From Flavobacteriales bacterium (GTDB lineage Bacteria > Bacteroidota > Bacteroidia > Flavobacteriales_D > Sanyastnellaceae), in NCBI GenBank assembly GCA_029238785.1, contig JAQWFN010000007.1:3497-67496 (forward strand): 64,000 nt of DNA. Direction: 5' to 3'. The position numbers and the translations under genes were made by a program. Of this stretch, positions 27,195 to 36,754 are shown one piece after another. Positions within the stretch are counted from its first letter, which is position 1. Each line of letters begins with the position of its first letter. The notes under the pieces were generated by a model. The model had not been told where the DNA came from. It saw only the letters and a program-made list of their open reading frames with translations, and searched no databases.

Positions 27195-30100
27195 TTACTC
27201 GCAAGATGAACCAAAATCAGAAAGGAACACCAACAAATCGCCTGCGTTTACAACACCATCTCCGTTGAAATCAGAAGGACAAGGGTTGATTGCGAATGTA
27301 CAAGAGCCATCGTCTACTGTTGCAATAGGATCGTAGTTCTCTGCCACGTCGTAAGTACAACCAAGCAATTGACAAGAACCGTCATCTGTTGTTGCGTTAA
27401 TATCATAGTTCAATGCGTCTGGGTTTGTACAACCTGCGTATTCACAAGAACCATCGTCTTGCAATGCATTCGCATCGTAGTTAGAAGCAAGTGGATCTGT
27501 ACAGCCTTCTGGGATAGTACTGTTTGCAGCACCAGGCGTACCATTAGGAACGTAAGAATCTTGCCAGTTAGCACCGTCATTATTGTCGGTAGCTGCATCA
27601 ATCAACTCCAAAGAAGAACAGAAGCCGTCTGCGTTCAATGGCCATGGTGCGATATCATCATAAACTACCTCATCAATTAAGTTTCCGAAGTTATCGGTAA
27701 GATTCACAGTTGTTCCACCGTTTCCTAAAGAACCTTCAAGATCGAATACTTGGTATCCGTTTCCTTCATAAGACGCTGGAGTCATTGCAAGTACTATATA
27801 CTCGCCTGCAGCGATCGAAGTACCAGGAGCAAAAACAAGTATTGGCGAAGTGCCAACAACCCATCCTGAAAGATCAACAGCAGAAGCATCAGCATTGTAA
27901 AGCTCAACAAACTCATAAACAAGGTCATCACCTTGATCAAAACAAGGATTGTAATGAATCTCGTTGATGATGATCAAAGGCTCCGTAAAGTAGCAAGTAC
28001 CATTTTCAAGGGTTGCCGTGATATCGTAGTTCAAAGCTGTTGGGTCTGTACAACCTTCAACGATACAAGTACCGTCGTCTGCAGTTGCAGCAGGATCGTA
28101 GTTTGTAGCCGCTGGGTTTGTACATCCAGGGATATTTGCACAAGAACCATCATCTACTGTTGCCAAAGCATCGTAGTTAGGGAAAGTGATGTCTGTACAA
28201 CCAAATCTCTCAACATCAGCTGCATCTCTTGGCTCAATTTTGAAGTTGCCAAAAGAGAAGTAAAGGGGTCCGGTTACACGGAAAGTAATTCCTTCATCCA
28301 CAGGAGTAACAACAACTCCAAGATCATCAACCAAAATTGCACCAGAAGCATCATCAATGCTCCATTCTCCGAAGCCGACATCACCTCCACCAAGTGGAAC
28401 TTCGCCAGTTACCTGAACAAGGACACCTTCCCATTGCTCGTCACCAGCAGCAAGTGTAGTTAATACTTCTGGGTTTGGAAGTGCATTTCCTGAAGTAAGG
28501 ATGCTGATGTTTTCAGAGTTGATTTGAGTTAAGGTATTTGTTTCAACAACAACACCATCTACTTCTACTTCATCACCCAAAGCAACACCAGCACCAGACA
28601 CCCAGATTCCTGAATTTGGTCCAGAACCGTCTTGCATCGTAAACAAGTTGCTTGCTCCATAAACAGCAGTAACAACACCAGAAGTGGTTACACCTTCTCC
28701 AGTGTAAAGTTCTGATTGAAGTTCTGAAATGGTGTATTCAGTGAAAGGAGGTACAGTAGAATTAGCAGCTCCGGGAGTTCCGTTTTCTACGTAAGAAGCT
28801 TGCCAGTTTGCGCCGTCAGCGTTATCTGTGTTTGCATCAATCAACTCAAGTGAAGCACAGTTTCCATTGGCGTTAGGGAAAAGTGTACCCGTATCATAAG
28901 TAACCGCGTCTACAACAATACCAACTTCATTCAATAAAGCTAGTGGCTCACCGCTATTTCCTAGCGCTTGACCAGTAGCCTCAAACACTTGGTAGCCATT
29001 TCCTTCGTAAGTTGCTGCAACAATAGCAATTACAATATATTCACCTGGAGCGATACTTGTTGCAGCTGGGAAAGTCACATTGAAACCATCAATATTCCAT
29101 CCTGTAAGGTCAACTGCTACAACATCGTTATTATAAAGCTCCAAATACTCGAACAAGTTATCGTTTCCTTGCGCTGTACATGGGTTAAAATGGATTTCAT
29201 TGATGACGATAGCAGGAAGTGTAAACACACAAGAACCATCATCAATAGTAGCCGCTGCGTTGTAGTTCAAAGCAGTTGGGTCTGTACATCCTGAAACATC
29301 GAAAGTACAAGAACCATCTTCGTTGTTTGCATCAATGTTATAGTTGATTGCAGTTGGGTCTGTACATCCAGAAATGATACAAGTACCATCATCAACATTC
29401 GCTGCAGGATCAAAGTTATCTGCCGCAGGGTTCGTACATCCTGAAACAGGAACTAAGCAAAAGTTTGCAGCTCCTGGAGTACCATCAAATACGTTACTTG
29501 GGCACCAGTTAGCTCCGTCAGTATTGTCCAAAGCTAGATCTGAAAGTTGAACAGAAGGACCAAATCCATCCGGCTCAGTTGGCCATGGAGCAGCATCATC
29601 ATAAATTACTTCATTGATAACCGTTCCGTCTGCAGTAGTAATTCCAACAGCTTCACCACCATTACCTAGGCCACCACTAGTCCACTGAAAAATTTGGTAA
29701 GTAGCTCCTGCGAAAATTGCGTTTGTTTCATCTACTACTACCACAATGTACTCACCTGGGGCAATACTCGCTCCCGCTGGGAAAGTATATACTGCGCCAA
29801 TCAACATGAATCCTTCGAGGTCTACTGATGTTGCATCTGCATTATAGATCTCAATAAACTCAGTAACATCTGTACCCGCTTCAATTCCGTTATAGTGAAT
29901 CTCAGTAATGATCAAATTCGGCAATGAAAGGATACATGATCCATCATCATTTGTAGCATCTGGGTTATAGTTCACTGCAGCTGCATCTGTACATCCTTGG
30001 ATAATACAAGATCCGTCGTCGTTATTTGCTGCAGGATTAAAGTTGTCTGCAGTAGCATTTGTACAACCAGAGATGATACAAGAACCATCGTCAAGTGTTG

Positions 30101-30809
30101 CAGCTGCATTGTAGTTGTCTGCACTCGGATCTGTACAACCAGAAATTGCACCAGCAACATTGCTTACAGAGAAAAGGTCAAACGCGAATGATTCGCTTCC
30201 TGAAGCTGAAGGAGAATCAACATATACACGAACAACGAGTGAAGTTCCTGAAACAGTAAATGCCTTAGTGATGGCTTGAAATGTAGGACTTACTTCAACA
30301 TCACCTACGGTGTCTCCATCAGTGTCCATCCACATACCGATATTTGCTCCACTTGCTCCTGCGGGAGCCGCAGTAGTTAAAAGTGTGCTCCAAGCACCGC
30401 CATCAAGTGCATATTCTACGCGTAATATATCGCTATCATCCCAACCACCTGCAACAAACTCTGTAGCGAACAGACCTGAGAACTGAAGGTCGCTTAACCC
30501 AGTAATATCTATTGCTTGGAAAGTGAGTGTCTTAAGGGTTAGACCATCTGACAAAGGTGCATCATCCCAATCTTCTCCGGCCCAGAAAAAACTTCCGTCA
30601 AAACCAGCGTAAGCTCCAGAAACGTTCGTACCATCCGTTCTTCCGAAGTGGTCACTAGTGGTTTCATAAAAAGTGTTTGAAGAAACATAATTTGTTCCTT
30701 CACCGTCTGTTTCGAAGCTTTCCGACCAGATTTGGGCTTGGGCTCCAAAGTTAAATGCGAATAGCGCCAACATCATGGTCAATACCGCAAAAACATTTGA
30801 TAATTTCAT
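27195..30809 (-). CDS. Large secreted modular protein: N-terminal domain, four blocks of three Cys mini-repeats, three lamin-tail domains (LTD), an OB-like domain and a dockerin-like tail
   Basis: The signal peptide MKLSNVFAVLTMMLALFAFNFGAQA follows the ATG at 30809; the track start of 30881 is probably too early. LTD hallmarks are ITEIHYN / INEIHFNP / INEIHYNP ... APGEYIV ... DGANW ... GTPGAAN. Confidence 0.85.
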   Translation of the reverse strand: MKLSNVFAVLTMMLALFAFNFGAQAQIWSESFETDGEGTNYVSSNTFYETTSDHFGRTDGTNVSGAYAGFDGSFFWAGEDWDDAPLSDGLTLKTLTFQAIDITGLSDLQFSGLFATEFVAGGWDDSDILRVEYALDGGAWSTLLTTAAPAGASGANIGMWMDTDGDTVGDVEVSPTFQAITKAFTVSGTSLVVRVYVDSPSASGSESFAFDLFSVSNVAGAISGCTDPSADNYNAAATLDDGSCIISGCTNATADNFNPAANNDDGSCIIQGCTDAAAVNYNPDATNDDGSCILSLPNLIITEIHYNGIEAGTDVTEFIEIYNADATSVDLEGFMLIGAVYTFPAGASIAPGEYIVVVVDETNAIFAGATYQIFQWTSGGLGNGGEAVGITTADGTVINEVIYDDAAPWPTEPDGFGPSVQLSDLALDNTDGANWCPSNVFDGTPGAANFCLVPVSGCTNPAADNFDPAANVDDGTCIISGCTDPTAINYNIDANNEDGSCTFDVSGCTDPTALNYNAAATIDDGSCVFTLPAIVINEIHFNPCTAQGNDNLFEYLELYNNDVVAVDLTGWNIDGFNVTFPAATSIAPGEYIVIAIVAATYEGNGYQVFEATGQALGNSGEPLALLNEVGIVVDAVTYDTGTLFPNANGNCASLELIDANTDNADGANWQASYVENGTPGAANSTVPPFTEYTISELQSELYTGEGVTTSGVVTAVYGASNLFTMQDGSGPNSGIWVSGAGVALGDEVEVDGVVVETNTLTQINSENISILTSGNALPNPEVLTTLAAGDEQWEGVLVQVTGEVPLGGGDVGFGEWSIDDASGAILVDDLGVVVTPVDEGITFRVTGPLYFSFGNFKIEPRDAADVERFGCTDITFPNYDALATVDDGSCANIPGCTNPAATNYDPAATADDGTCIVEGCTDPTALNYDITATLENGTCYFTEPLIIINEIHYNPCFDQGDDLVYEFVELYNADASAVDLSGWVVGTSPILVFAPGTSIAAGEYIVLAMTPASYEGNGYQVFDLEGSLGNGGTTVNLTDNFGNLIDEVVYDDIAPWPLNADGFCSSLELIDAATDNNDGANWQDSYVPNGTPGAANSTIPEGCTDPLASNYDANALQDDGSCEYAGCTNPDALNYDINATTDDGSCQLLGCTYDVAENYDPIATVDDGSCTFAINPCPSDFNGDGVVNAGDLLVFLSDFGSSCE
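27300..27506 (-). repeat. Cys mini-repeat block 4 (three copies)
   Basis: aa 1126-1194: GCTDPLASNYDANALQDDGSC / GCTNPDALNYDINATTDDGSC / GCTYDVAENYDPIATVDDGSC. Confidence 0.85.
27993..28202 (-). repeat. Cys mini-repeat block 3 (three copies)
   Basis: aa 894-963: GCTDITFPNYDALATVDDGSC / GCTNPAATNYDPAATADDGTC / GCTDPTALNYDITATLENGTC. Confidence 0.85.
29229..29441 (-). repeat. Cys mini-repeat block 2 (three copies)
   Basis: aa 481-551: GCTNPAADNFDPAANVDDGTC / GCTDPTAINYNIDANNEDGSC / GCTDPTALNYNAAATIDDGSC. Confidence 0.85.
29934..30140 (-). repeat. Cys mini-repeat block 1 (three tandem copies of the ~22-23-aa unit GCT[DN]xxAxN[YF][ND]xxAxxDDG[ST]C)
   Basis: aa 248-316: GCTDPSADNYNAAATLDDGSC / GCTNATADNFNPAANNDDGSC / GCTDAAAVNYNPDATNDDGSC. 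Confidence 0.85.
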
Positions 30810-30977
30810 ACTGTGTAGATTTTGGTTAAGCCTGTTCCAGTAATACACTGAACTAAAATTAGGCGCAGCGAAAATACTCAACTTATTTGTTCTTTCCCTT
30901 CATTTCTGTATTAGCTTAACGTTAAACTTCTTCGATAGAAATAAAGAAAAAGCTGCATGAACAAGCCATTTCACCCC

Positions 30978-31574
30978 CTAAAAGAGCTGAAGCTGATCTG
31001 GCAACTGTTTGAACGAGCTTCGATGGTGCGGACTTAGACCTTTTTTCTGAATTCCTTCGCGATGTGCTTTAGTTGGGTAGCCTTTGTTTTTATCCCATGC
31101 GTAATGTGGGAATTCCAAGGCAAGGGTTTCCATCAATTCATCGCGATGGGTTTTAGCTAAAATGGAAGCGGCGGCTATGGACTGATATTTTGCATCTCCT
31201 TTGATGATGCAAGAGTGCGGTATTGACTCATGGGCATTAAAGCGGTTCCCATCAATCAAAAGGTGCTCTGGTTTTGTTTGAAGTTGATCTACCGCTCTTT
31301 TCATGGCTAAAAAAGAAGCGTTCAGAATGTTCACTTCGTCTATTTCTTGCGGTGAAACAGCAACCACAGCCCATGCAAGTGCTTTAGATTCAATTTCTAG
31401 TCTAAGGGCATCGCGTTTTTTCTTCGTCAGTTGTTTTGAATCATTCAGCGCTTCAATTCGATGATCATCATCCAAAATAACCGCAGCAGCAACTACTGGT
31501 CCGGCCAAACAGCCTCTACCCGCTTCGTCACAACCCGCTTCTAACCTTCCTTCAACAAGACAAAACTCAAGCAT
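30978..31574 (-). CDS. rnhB: Ribonuclease HII
   Basis: 198 aa with [14 protein letters not shown] and DSKQL motifs. Its start overlaps the upstream glycosyltransferase stop by 8 nt. Confidence 0.9.
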   Translation of the reverse strand: MLEFCLVEGRLEAGCDEAGRGCLAGPVVAAAVILDDDHRIEALNDSKQLTKKKRDALRLEIESKALAWAVVAVSPQEIDEVNILNASFLAMKRAVDQLQTKPEHLLIDGNRFNAHESIPHSCIIKGDAKYQSIAAASILAKTHRDELMETLALEFPHYAWDKNKGYPTKAHREGIQKKGLSPHHRSSFKQLPDQLQLF

Positions 31575-32703
31575 GATTCATGGTTTTTTCAATGGACTTC
31601 CATAAGTCCTTTGCAGATTCATCCCAAGAAAAACGAAGGGCTCTTTGCAGTCCTTTTTCAATCAATTCGCTTCTGAAATCTGCTTCCTTTTCTATCCGAA
31701 TCATCGCCGCTGTGATTTGCTCCACATTTTCTGCATCAACCAAAAGTGCAGCATCACCAACTACTTCTGGCAAACTGCTATTGTTAGCACAAATTAAGGG
31801 AACACCAGAAGCAAAACTCTCAATGGCTGGAATACCAAAACCTTCGAAAAGCGGGACGAAGGTCATGGCTAAAGCGCCTGATAAACACCGACTCATGTCT
31901 TCATGACTCATTCGCCCGAGCTGAATTAGGTCTTTGGCAAAAGTCATTTGACTTAATGTTTGTGCTTCTTCTCCGCTACTCCACATCGTTGCCCCAACGA
32001 GGATCATCTTGGCGCTTCCGCCTTGAACTTTATAGGCTTCAAAAGCTTGCAACAATCGAACAATGTTCTTTCTTGGATTAATGGAACCCACATAGATAAA
32101 ATAAGCCTCACCCATGGCATATTCAGCTCTAATGGCTTCAATTTCTTCTGGTGATTTTGGGCTGAATATATTGTCCACACCATTGTAAACCACATCTATT
32201 TGATCGAGATCAATATTGTAGCAACGATGGATGTCTGCCTTTGAAAAGTTCGAAACTGTGGCAATGCGTGTGGCTTTGCGGGCAAATTTCGGGAAACGAT
32301 CTTGGTAATACCGGGCTATTTTCGGGGGCAAGAGCTCTGGGAAATGTTCAAAATTGAGATCGTGAATGACGAGAAGTTGTTTAACATCACTGCGCATGGA
32401 GGCAAAACCGTCTGGACTCAAAAAGAGGTCGACTTGGTCTTTCTTCAATTGTTTTGCAACGCTTCGATTGAACCACCAATCGAAAAGGAAGGTCCGTCTA
32501 GCAGGAGGAAAGAGGCGTTTTCCAATAACATTTTCAGCGAAGATAAATTCCTCTGGAACCGGTCTATCGAAGTAAAAAACAAAGTCTACTTCGGGATGCA
32601 TGAGTACAAGCCGTTTGAGCGTTTCAAGGGAAAAACGTCCTATTCCTTCCAGTTTGTTGGGGACGAGTAATCTGGTGTTAACCGCAATGCGAAGCTTCTT
32701 CAT
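31567..32703 (-). CDS. Glycosyltransferase family 4 (GT-B, GT1 clan)
   Basis: The C-terminal region contains the [18 protein letters not shown] motif. The likely start [11 protein letters not shown] is at 32703; the track start is 32730. Confidence 0.85.
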   Translation of the reverse strand: MKKLRIAVNTRLLVPNKLEGIGRFSLETLKRLVLMHPEVDFVFYFDRPVPEEFIFAENVIGKRLFPPARRTFLFDWWFNRSVAKQLKKDQVDLFLSPDGFASMRSDVKQLLVIHDLNFEHFPELLPPKIARYYQDRFPKFARKATRIATVSNFSKADIHRCYNIDLDQIDVVYNGVDNIFSPKSPEEIEAIRAEYAMGEAYFIYVGSINPRKNIVRLLQAFEAYKVQGGSAKMILVGATMWSSGEEAQTLSQMTFAKDLIQLGRMSHEDMSRCLSGALAMTFVPLFEGFGIPAIESFASGVPLICANNSSLPEVVGDAALLVDAENVEQITAAMIRIEKEADFRSELIEKGLQRALRFSWDESAKDLWKSIEKTMNHA

Positions 32704-32799
32704 TTCGGCGAAGTTATTAAAACCATGCAAGACCTAGGAACATCAAATTCTAAGATGCCGATGCTTTTAGCTAAATTTCGGCAGCATTAACTGCCTAAC

Positions 32800-34236
32800 A
32801 TGCGTAAAGAATTCCTTTCGAACCTCAGTCTCATCCTCTTGCTGAATTTTCTCGTCAAGCCTTTTTATGTGCTTGGTGTTGAAACTCAAATACAGAATGC
32901 CGTTGGTCCGTCTGAATTTGGAATATACAGCGCTATCTTAAGTTTCACCTTTCTTCTGAACATTATTCTCGACGGCGGAATCACCAATTTCAACACCAGA
33001 AACATTGCACAACACCGCCAATTGTTGAGTAAGCACTTTGGTGGGATTGTTCGGGTTAGGGTTGTGCTTGGAGTGCTTTACATGGGTGTCTTAATTTTAT
33101 TGGGAAGCTTTTTAAATTATGTTCAAGAGCACTTTTGGATGTTGTTTCTTCTTGGGGTGAACCAGTTTCTTGTGGCCAGCATACTTTACTTCCGTTCCAA
33201 TTTAGCTGGATTGCATCGTTTTAAAGCCGATGCCTTCATTTCTGTTCTCGACCGGAGTTTACTTCTCGTGTTCATGGGAGCATTGATCCTTTTGCCTCAT
33301 GTTTTTGGTGAGTTTCAAATCATGTGGTTGGTTTACGGACAAACCTTAGCTTATGGAATTGCGCTTATTTCTTCCTTTATCTTACTTCGAAAGAACTTAA
33401 CACAGTTGAAACTTCGAGGTAATCGCGCATTCTCTCGAATGATTTTGAAGAAGAGTTTGCCCTATGCCTTGCTTATTCTGCTTTCCATGGCCTATTACAA
33501 AACAGACGCGGTGATGTTAGAGCAGCTTCTTGGCGACGATGGGTTTTATGCCGGTATTTATGCCATGGGCTTCCGTTTTTTTGAAGCGAGTAATATGATT
33601 GGTTTTTTATTTGCGGGACTCCTTTTGCCCATCTTCTCGAGACTGATCAAAAAGAATGAGTCTTTAGACAGCATTGCCTCAAGTGCTTTTCAGCTTCTTT
33701 TTACAGGAGGTGTTTTATTGGCTGGTATTCCTTGGTTGGTGGGTGATGAAATCTTAAACTTTTTCTATCACGATCATCTTGATGAGGCTTTACGACCATT
33801 TCAAATACTGATGTCGGCTTTCTTTTTTGTGATGATGAGCTACCTTTTCGGCACCATTCTAACTGCGCGGGGAGATTTAAGAGTGATGAATTTTCTTGCG
33901 CTTTTCGGGGTGATTTTGAATGTGGTTTTAAACTTCAGTTTGATTTCTAAATTGCAAGCTGAAGGTTCGGCTTGGGCAAGTTTATTTACCCAAGGCATGA
34001 TCTCTCTGATTCAAATGTTTTTGGCCTTGAAATATTCGAAACTTCGTTTTTCGAAGCGAACGCTGATCAGCATGTTTGTTTACTCTTGTTTTGTGGGAAT
34101 TCTTTTCTATCTGCTAACAATAAGTTCGCTTTCTTGGGTGTTAAAGGGAGGAACTTTTGTGTGTTTAGGCCTAGCAGGAGCATTTTTAACTCGCTTTCTG
34201 AGAATGGGGCAATTTAAGGAACTGCTTCAACGCTAA
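32800..34236 (+). CDS. Oligosaccharide/polysaccharide flippase (Wzx-like, MOP superfamily)
   Basis: 478 aa with about 12-14 hydrophobic helices. It is divergent from the glycosyltransferase and sits upstream of Wzz-like and Wzy/O-antigen-ligase-like genes. Confidence 0.75.
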   Translation: MRKEFLSNLSLILLLNFLVKPFYVLGVETQIQNAVGPSEFGIYSAILSFTFLLNIILDGGITNFNTRNIAQHRQLLSKHFGGIVRVRVVLGVLYMGVLILLGSFLNYVQEHFWMLFLLGVNQFLVASILYFRSNLAGLHRFKADAFISVLDRSLLLVFMGALILLPHVFGEFQIMWLVYGQTLAYGIALISSFILLRKNLTQLKLRGNRAFSRMILKKSLPYALLILLSMAYYKTDAVMLEQLLGDDGFYAGIYAMGFRFFEASNMIGFLFAGLLLPIFSRLIKKNESLDSIASSAFQLLFTGGVLLAGIPWLVGDEILNFFYHDHLDEALRPFQILMSAFFFVMMSYLFGTILTARGDLRVMNFLALFGVILNVVLNFSLISKLQAEGSAWASLFTQGMISLIQMFLALKYSKLRFSKRTLISMFVYSCFVGILFYLLTISSLSWVLKGGTFVCLGLAGAFLTRFLRMGQFKELLQR

Positions 34237-34283
34237 CTTAGGCACTTTGAATTCATTACTTTTGCCAAAATTTTTATCTCTCT

Positions 34284-35300
34284 ATGGAAGAGCAACAAAA
34301 AGACACCAGCTTGGCGTCGACCAATATTATTGTATTTCTTTACCAATGGCGTAAGGTCATTATCGGGCTTTGTTTCCTTGCTGCAGTAGCTTCATCTATT
34401 GCTTCATTCATCATCGAGGAGAAATTCAAATCAAGCGTTACCATGTTCGCTACTCCTCAACACTCCATTGGTGAGCAGTTTTATGAGGAGCAGAAAAAAG
34501 AAGATTTATTGGAGTTTGGAGAAAAAGAAGATGCTGAACGTTTGCTTCAAATCTTGAATTCAGATCGAATTCGAAACCGAGTAATTGAGAAGTATAATCT
34601 TTGGGAGCATTACGACATCTCTATTTCTGCTCCTGGGGCGAATACCATCATGGGCAAGGAATACAACAGTAATGTTTCTTCTAAACTCACAAGATACGGC
34701 TCCATTTTGGTTGAAGTTCTTGATAAGAGCGACACCTTGGCGGCTTTGATGGCTAATGACATTGCTTTTCTTCTCGATAGTGTTTCTAACGAATTGAGAA
34801 ACGGGCGAGCAATGGAGGCCTTCATGTATGCGAAAAACTCACTTGAACAAGTTCAGGGTGAGATTCGTCTCTTGGAAGACTCCATGGGAACCATTAGAAG
34901 TTATGGCGTTTATGACTATTTCACACAAATCGAAACCTTGAGTGAACAATACGGAACAGCCATCGTTAATGGTCAACCAAAACGCGCTGAACAAATTCGC
35001 CAACAAATGGAGGAAATTTCTCAGTACGGAAACATCTACAACAAATTAGACGCCCTCCTCGAAGCAGCTTACGAGCGTGAAGAAGTATTGAAAAAGCGTT
35101 ACGACTTGATGTACCTCGATGCGACCTCTCAATTGCCTTCGAAATTTGTGGTTGATTATGCCGCTGTTTCAGACAAGAAAGCGTATCCCGTTCGTTGGTT
35201 AATTGTGGTCATGTCTGTTGCCGCTACCTTCCTCATCTCTGTAATTGGAATCCTCATACTAGAGAATTTCAGAAGTCTAAAAGCTCAGGGCAAGATTTAA
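34284..35300 (+). CDS. Polysaccharide chain-length determinant (Wzz-like, no kinase domain)
   Basis: 338 aa with an N-terminal TM helix (VIIGLCFLAAVASSIASFII), a coiled periplasmic region and a C-terminal TM helix (WLIVVMSVAATFLISVIGILIL). Confidence 0.7.
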   Translation: MEEQQKDTSLASTNIIVFLYQWRKVIIGLCFLAAVASSIASFIIEEKFKSSVTMFATPQHSIGEQFYEEQKKEDLLEFGEKEDAERLLQILNSDRIRNRVIEKYNLWEHYDISISAPGANTIMGKEYNSNVSSKLTRYGSILVEVLDKSDTLAALMANDIAFLLDSVSNELRNGRAMEAFMYAKNSLEQVQGEIRLLEDSMGTIRSYGVYDYFTQIETLSEQYGTAIVNGQPKRAEQIRQQMEEISQYGNIYNKLDALLEAAYEREEVLKKRYDLMYLDATSQLPSKFVVDYAAVSDKKAYPVRWLIVVMSVAATFLISVIGILILENFRSLKAQGKI

Positions 35301-36754
35301 TGCTAAACGACTTACAAAAGAAACGTTGGCTCATGATTGGTGGCGGCCTCTTTGTGCTGCTGCAAACCGTGTGCATTGCTTTGGAGTTTTACTACATCGC
35401 TCTCTTGCCTTTGGTTCTTTTGGTGATTGCGGGTGCCATTTTCAAACTTGATTGGTTGATTCTTTTCATCATTGCCTGCACTCCAGTGAGCTTAAACTTA
35501 GAGCAGCTTGATCTTGGGGGTATCGGTTTCTATCTTCCAACAGAACCCTTACTTTTTGGCGTTCTTGTGGTGTTTGTGATGAAGTTGCTTTATGGGAAAT
35601 CGATCGACAAGCGCATATTCAAGCACCCAATAAGTATTGTTGTTTATGGCTTTCTCGCATGGATGTTGGTGACTACCATAACGAGTGAGATGCCCTTGGT
35701 TTCACTAAAATACTTTATCTCTAGGGCTTGGTTTATCGCTGGTTTTTATTTCATTCTCACGCATATTTTCCAGAATCGGAAACACATTGACCGATCGTTT
35801 CTGCTCTATTTATTTCCTCTGTTTGCAGTGATTTGTTACACAGTAATTCGCCATGCTGGCTTTGGATTTGAGAAAGATGCGGGCCATTGGGTAATGGAAC
35901 CGTTTTACAAAGACCACACTAGTTATGGAGCAGTGTTGGCGATGTACCTGCCTGTTTTGGTGGGCTTGTTGTTGAAGCGAAACGTCAACCCACTCTTGAA
36001 AGCATTCTTGATTATTGGCTTGGTGATTCTAGTTGTTGGAATCATTCTTTCATACACCAGAGCAGCTTGGGTAAGTATTGCAGCAGTGATTGGGCTGGGG
36101 ATATTGATGCTCCTTCGAATTCAATTAAAGCATCTTGTGTTTGTAGCACTTGCGGGCATTGGTTTTTTGTGGTTTGCTCAGGATGAGTTGGTTCAAATGC
36201 TCGAGAAGAACAAACAAGACAGTTCTGACGACCTTGCTGAGCACGTTGAATCCATCTCAAACGTAAGTAGTGACGCCTCCAACCTTGAGCGCTTGAACCG
36301 ATGGAACTGCGCTATGGCCATGTTCGAAGAGCGTCCGGTTTTTGGCTGGGGACCGGGAACATATCAATTTGTATATGCCCCATTTCAGCGCTCGCAGGAC
36401 ATTACCATCATTTCGACTAATAATGCAGATGGAGGTAATGCTCACAGCGAATACCTTGGTCCATTGGCAGAACAAGGGGTTTTGGGATCTCTTGCCTTCT
36501 TTGCCTTGCTTTTCGTGGTGAGTCAGGTAGCGTTTAAATTGTTCTTTCGCTTGAAAGATCGCGAATTGAAAATACTCGTCTTATCGTCTTACTTAGGCCT
36601 GATGACTTATTTCATACATGCTGTACTCAACAATTATTTGGACACCGATAAAGTAAGTGCTCCATTTTGGGGATTCATAGCAGTATTGGTGGCTGTGGAT
36701 TTATTTCACGCACCTGAAGAGACAGAAAAACAGCTTAGTGAAAGCGGCAGCTAA
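35300..36754 (+). CDS. O-antigen ligase / Wzy-like polymerase family membrane protein
   Basis: The ATG at 35300 shares one base with the wzz-like TAA stop (TAATG). The protein is polytopic, with a large loop containing SYTRAAWVS and HSEYLGPLAEQG motifs. Confidence 0.75.
   Translation: MLNDLQKKRWLMIGGGLFVLLQTVCIALEFYYIALLPLVLLVIAGAIFKLDWLILFIIACTPVSLNLEQLDLGGIGFYLPTEPLLFGVLVVFVMKLLYGKSIDKRIFKHPISIVVYGFLAWMLVTTITSEMPLVSLKYFISRAWFIAGFYFILTHIFQNRKHIDRSFLLYLFPLFAVICYTVIRHAGFGFEKDAGHWVMEPFYKDHTSYGAVLAMYLPVLVGLLLKRNVNPLLKAFLIIGLVILVVGIILSYTRAAWVSIAAVIGLGILMLLRIQLKHLVFVALAGIGFLWFAQDELVQMLEKNKQDSSDDLAEHVESISNVSSDASNLERLNRWNCAMAMFEERPVFGWGPGTYQFVYAPFQRSQDITIISTNNADGGNAHSEYLGPLAEQGVLGSLAFFALLFVVSQVAFKLFFRLKDRELKILVLSSYLGLMTYFIHAVLNNYLDTDKVSAPFWGFIAVLVAVDLFHAPEETEKQLSESGS

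Noticed and set aside
27011-27268. An 85-aa ORF in the gap downstream of the MORN-repeat gene.
   Set aside because: It runs through the strong terminator hairpin at 27152-27170 and into the 3' end of the LTD gene on the opposite strand. The product is basic and low-complexity with no motif.
35195-35299. A 35-codon N-terminal extension of the O-antigen-ligase-like ORF that overlaps the wzz-like gene.
   Set aside because: The extension is Cys/His-rich and non-hydrophobic. The ATG at 35300 overlaps the upstream stop (TAATG) and is followed immediately by the first TM helix.
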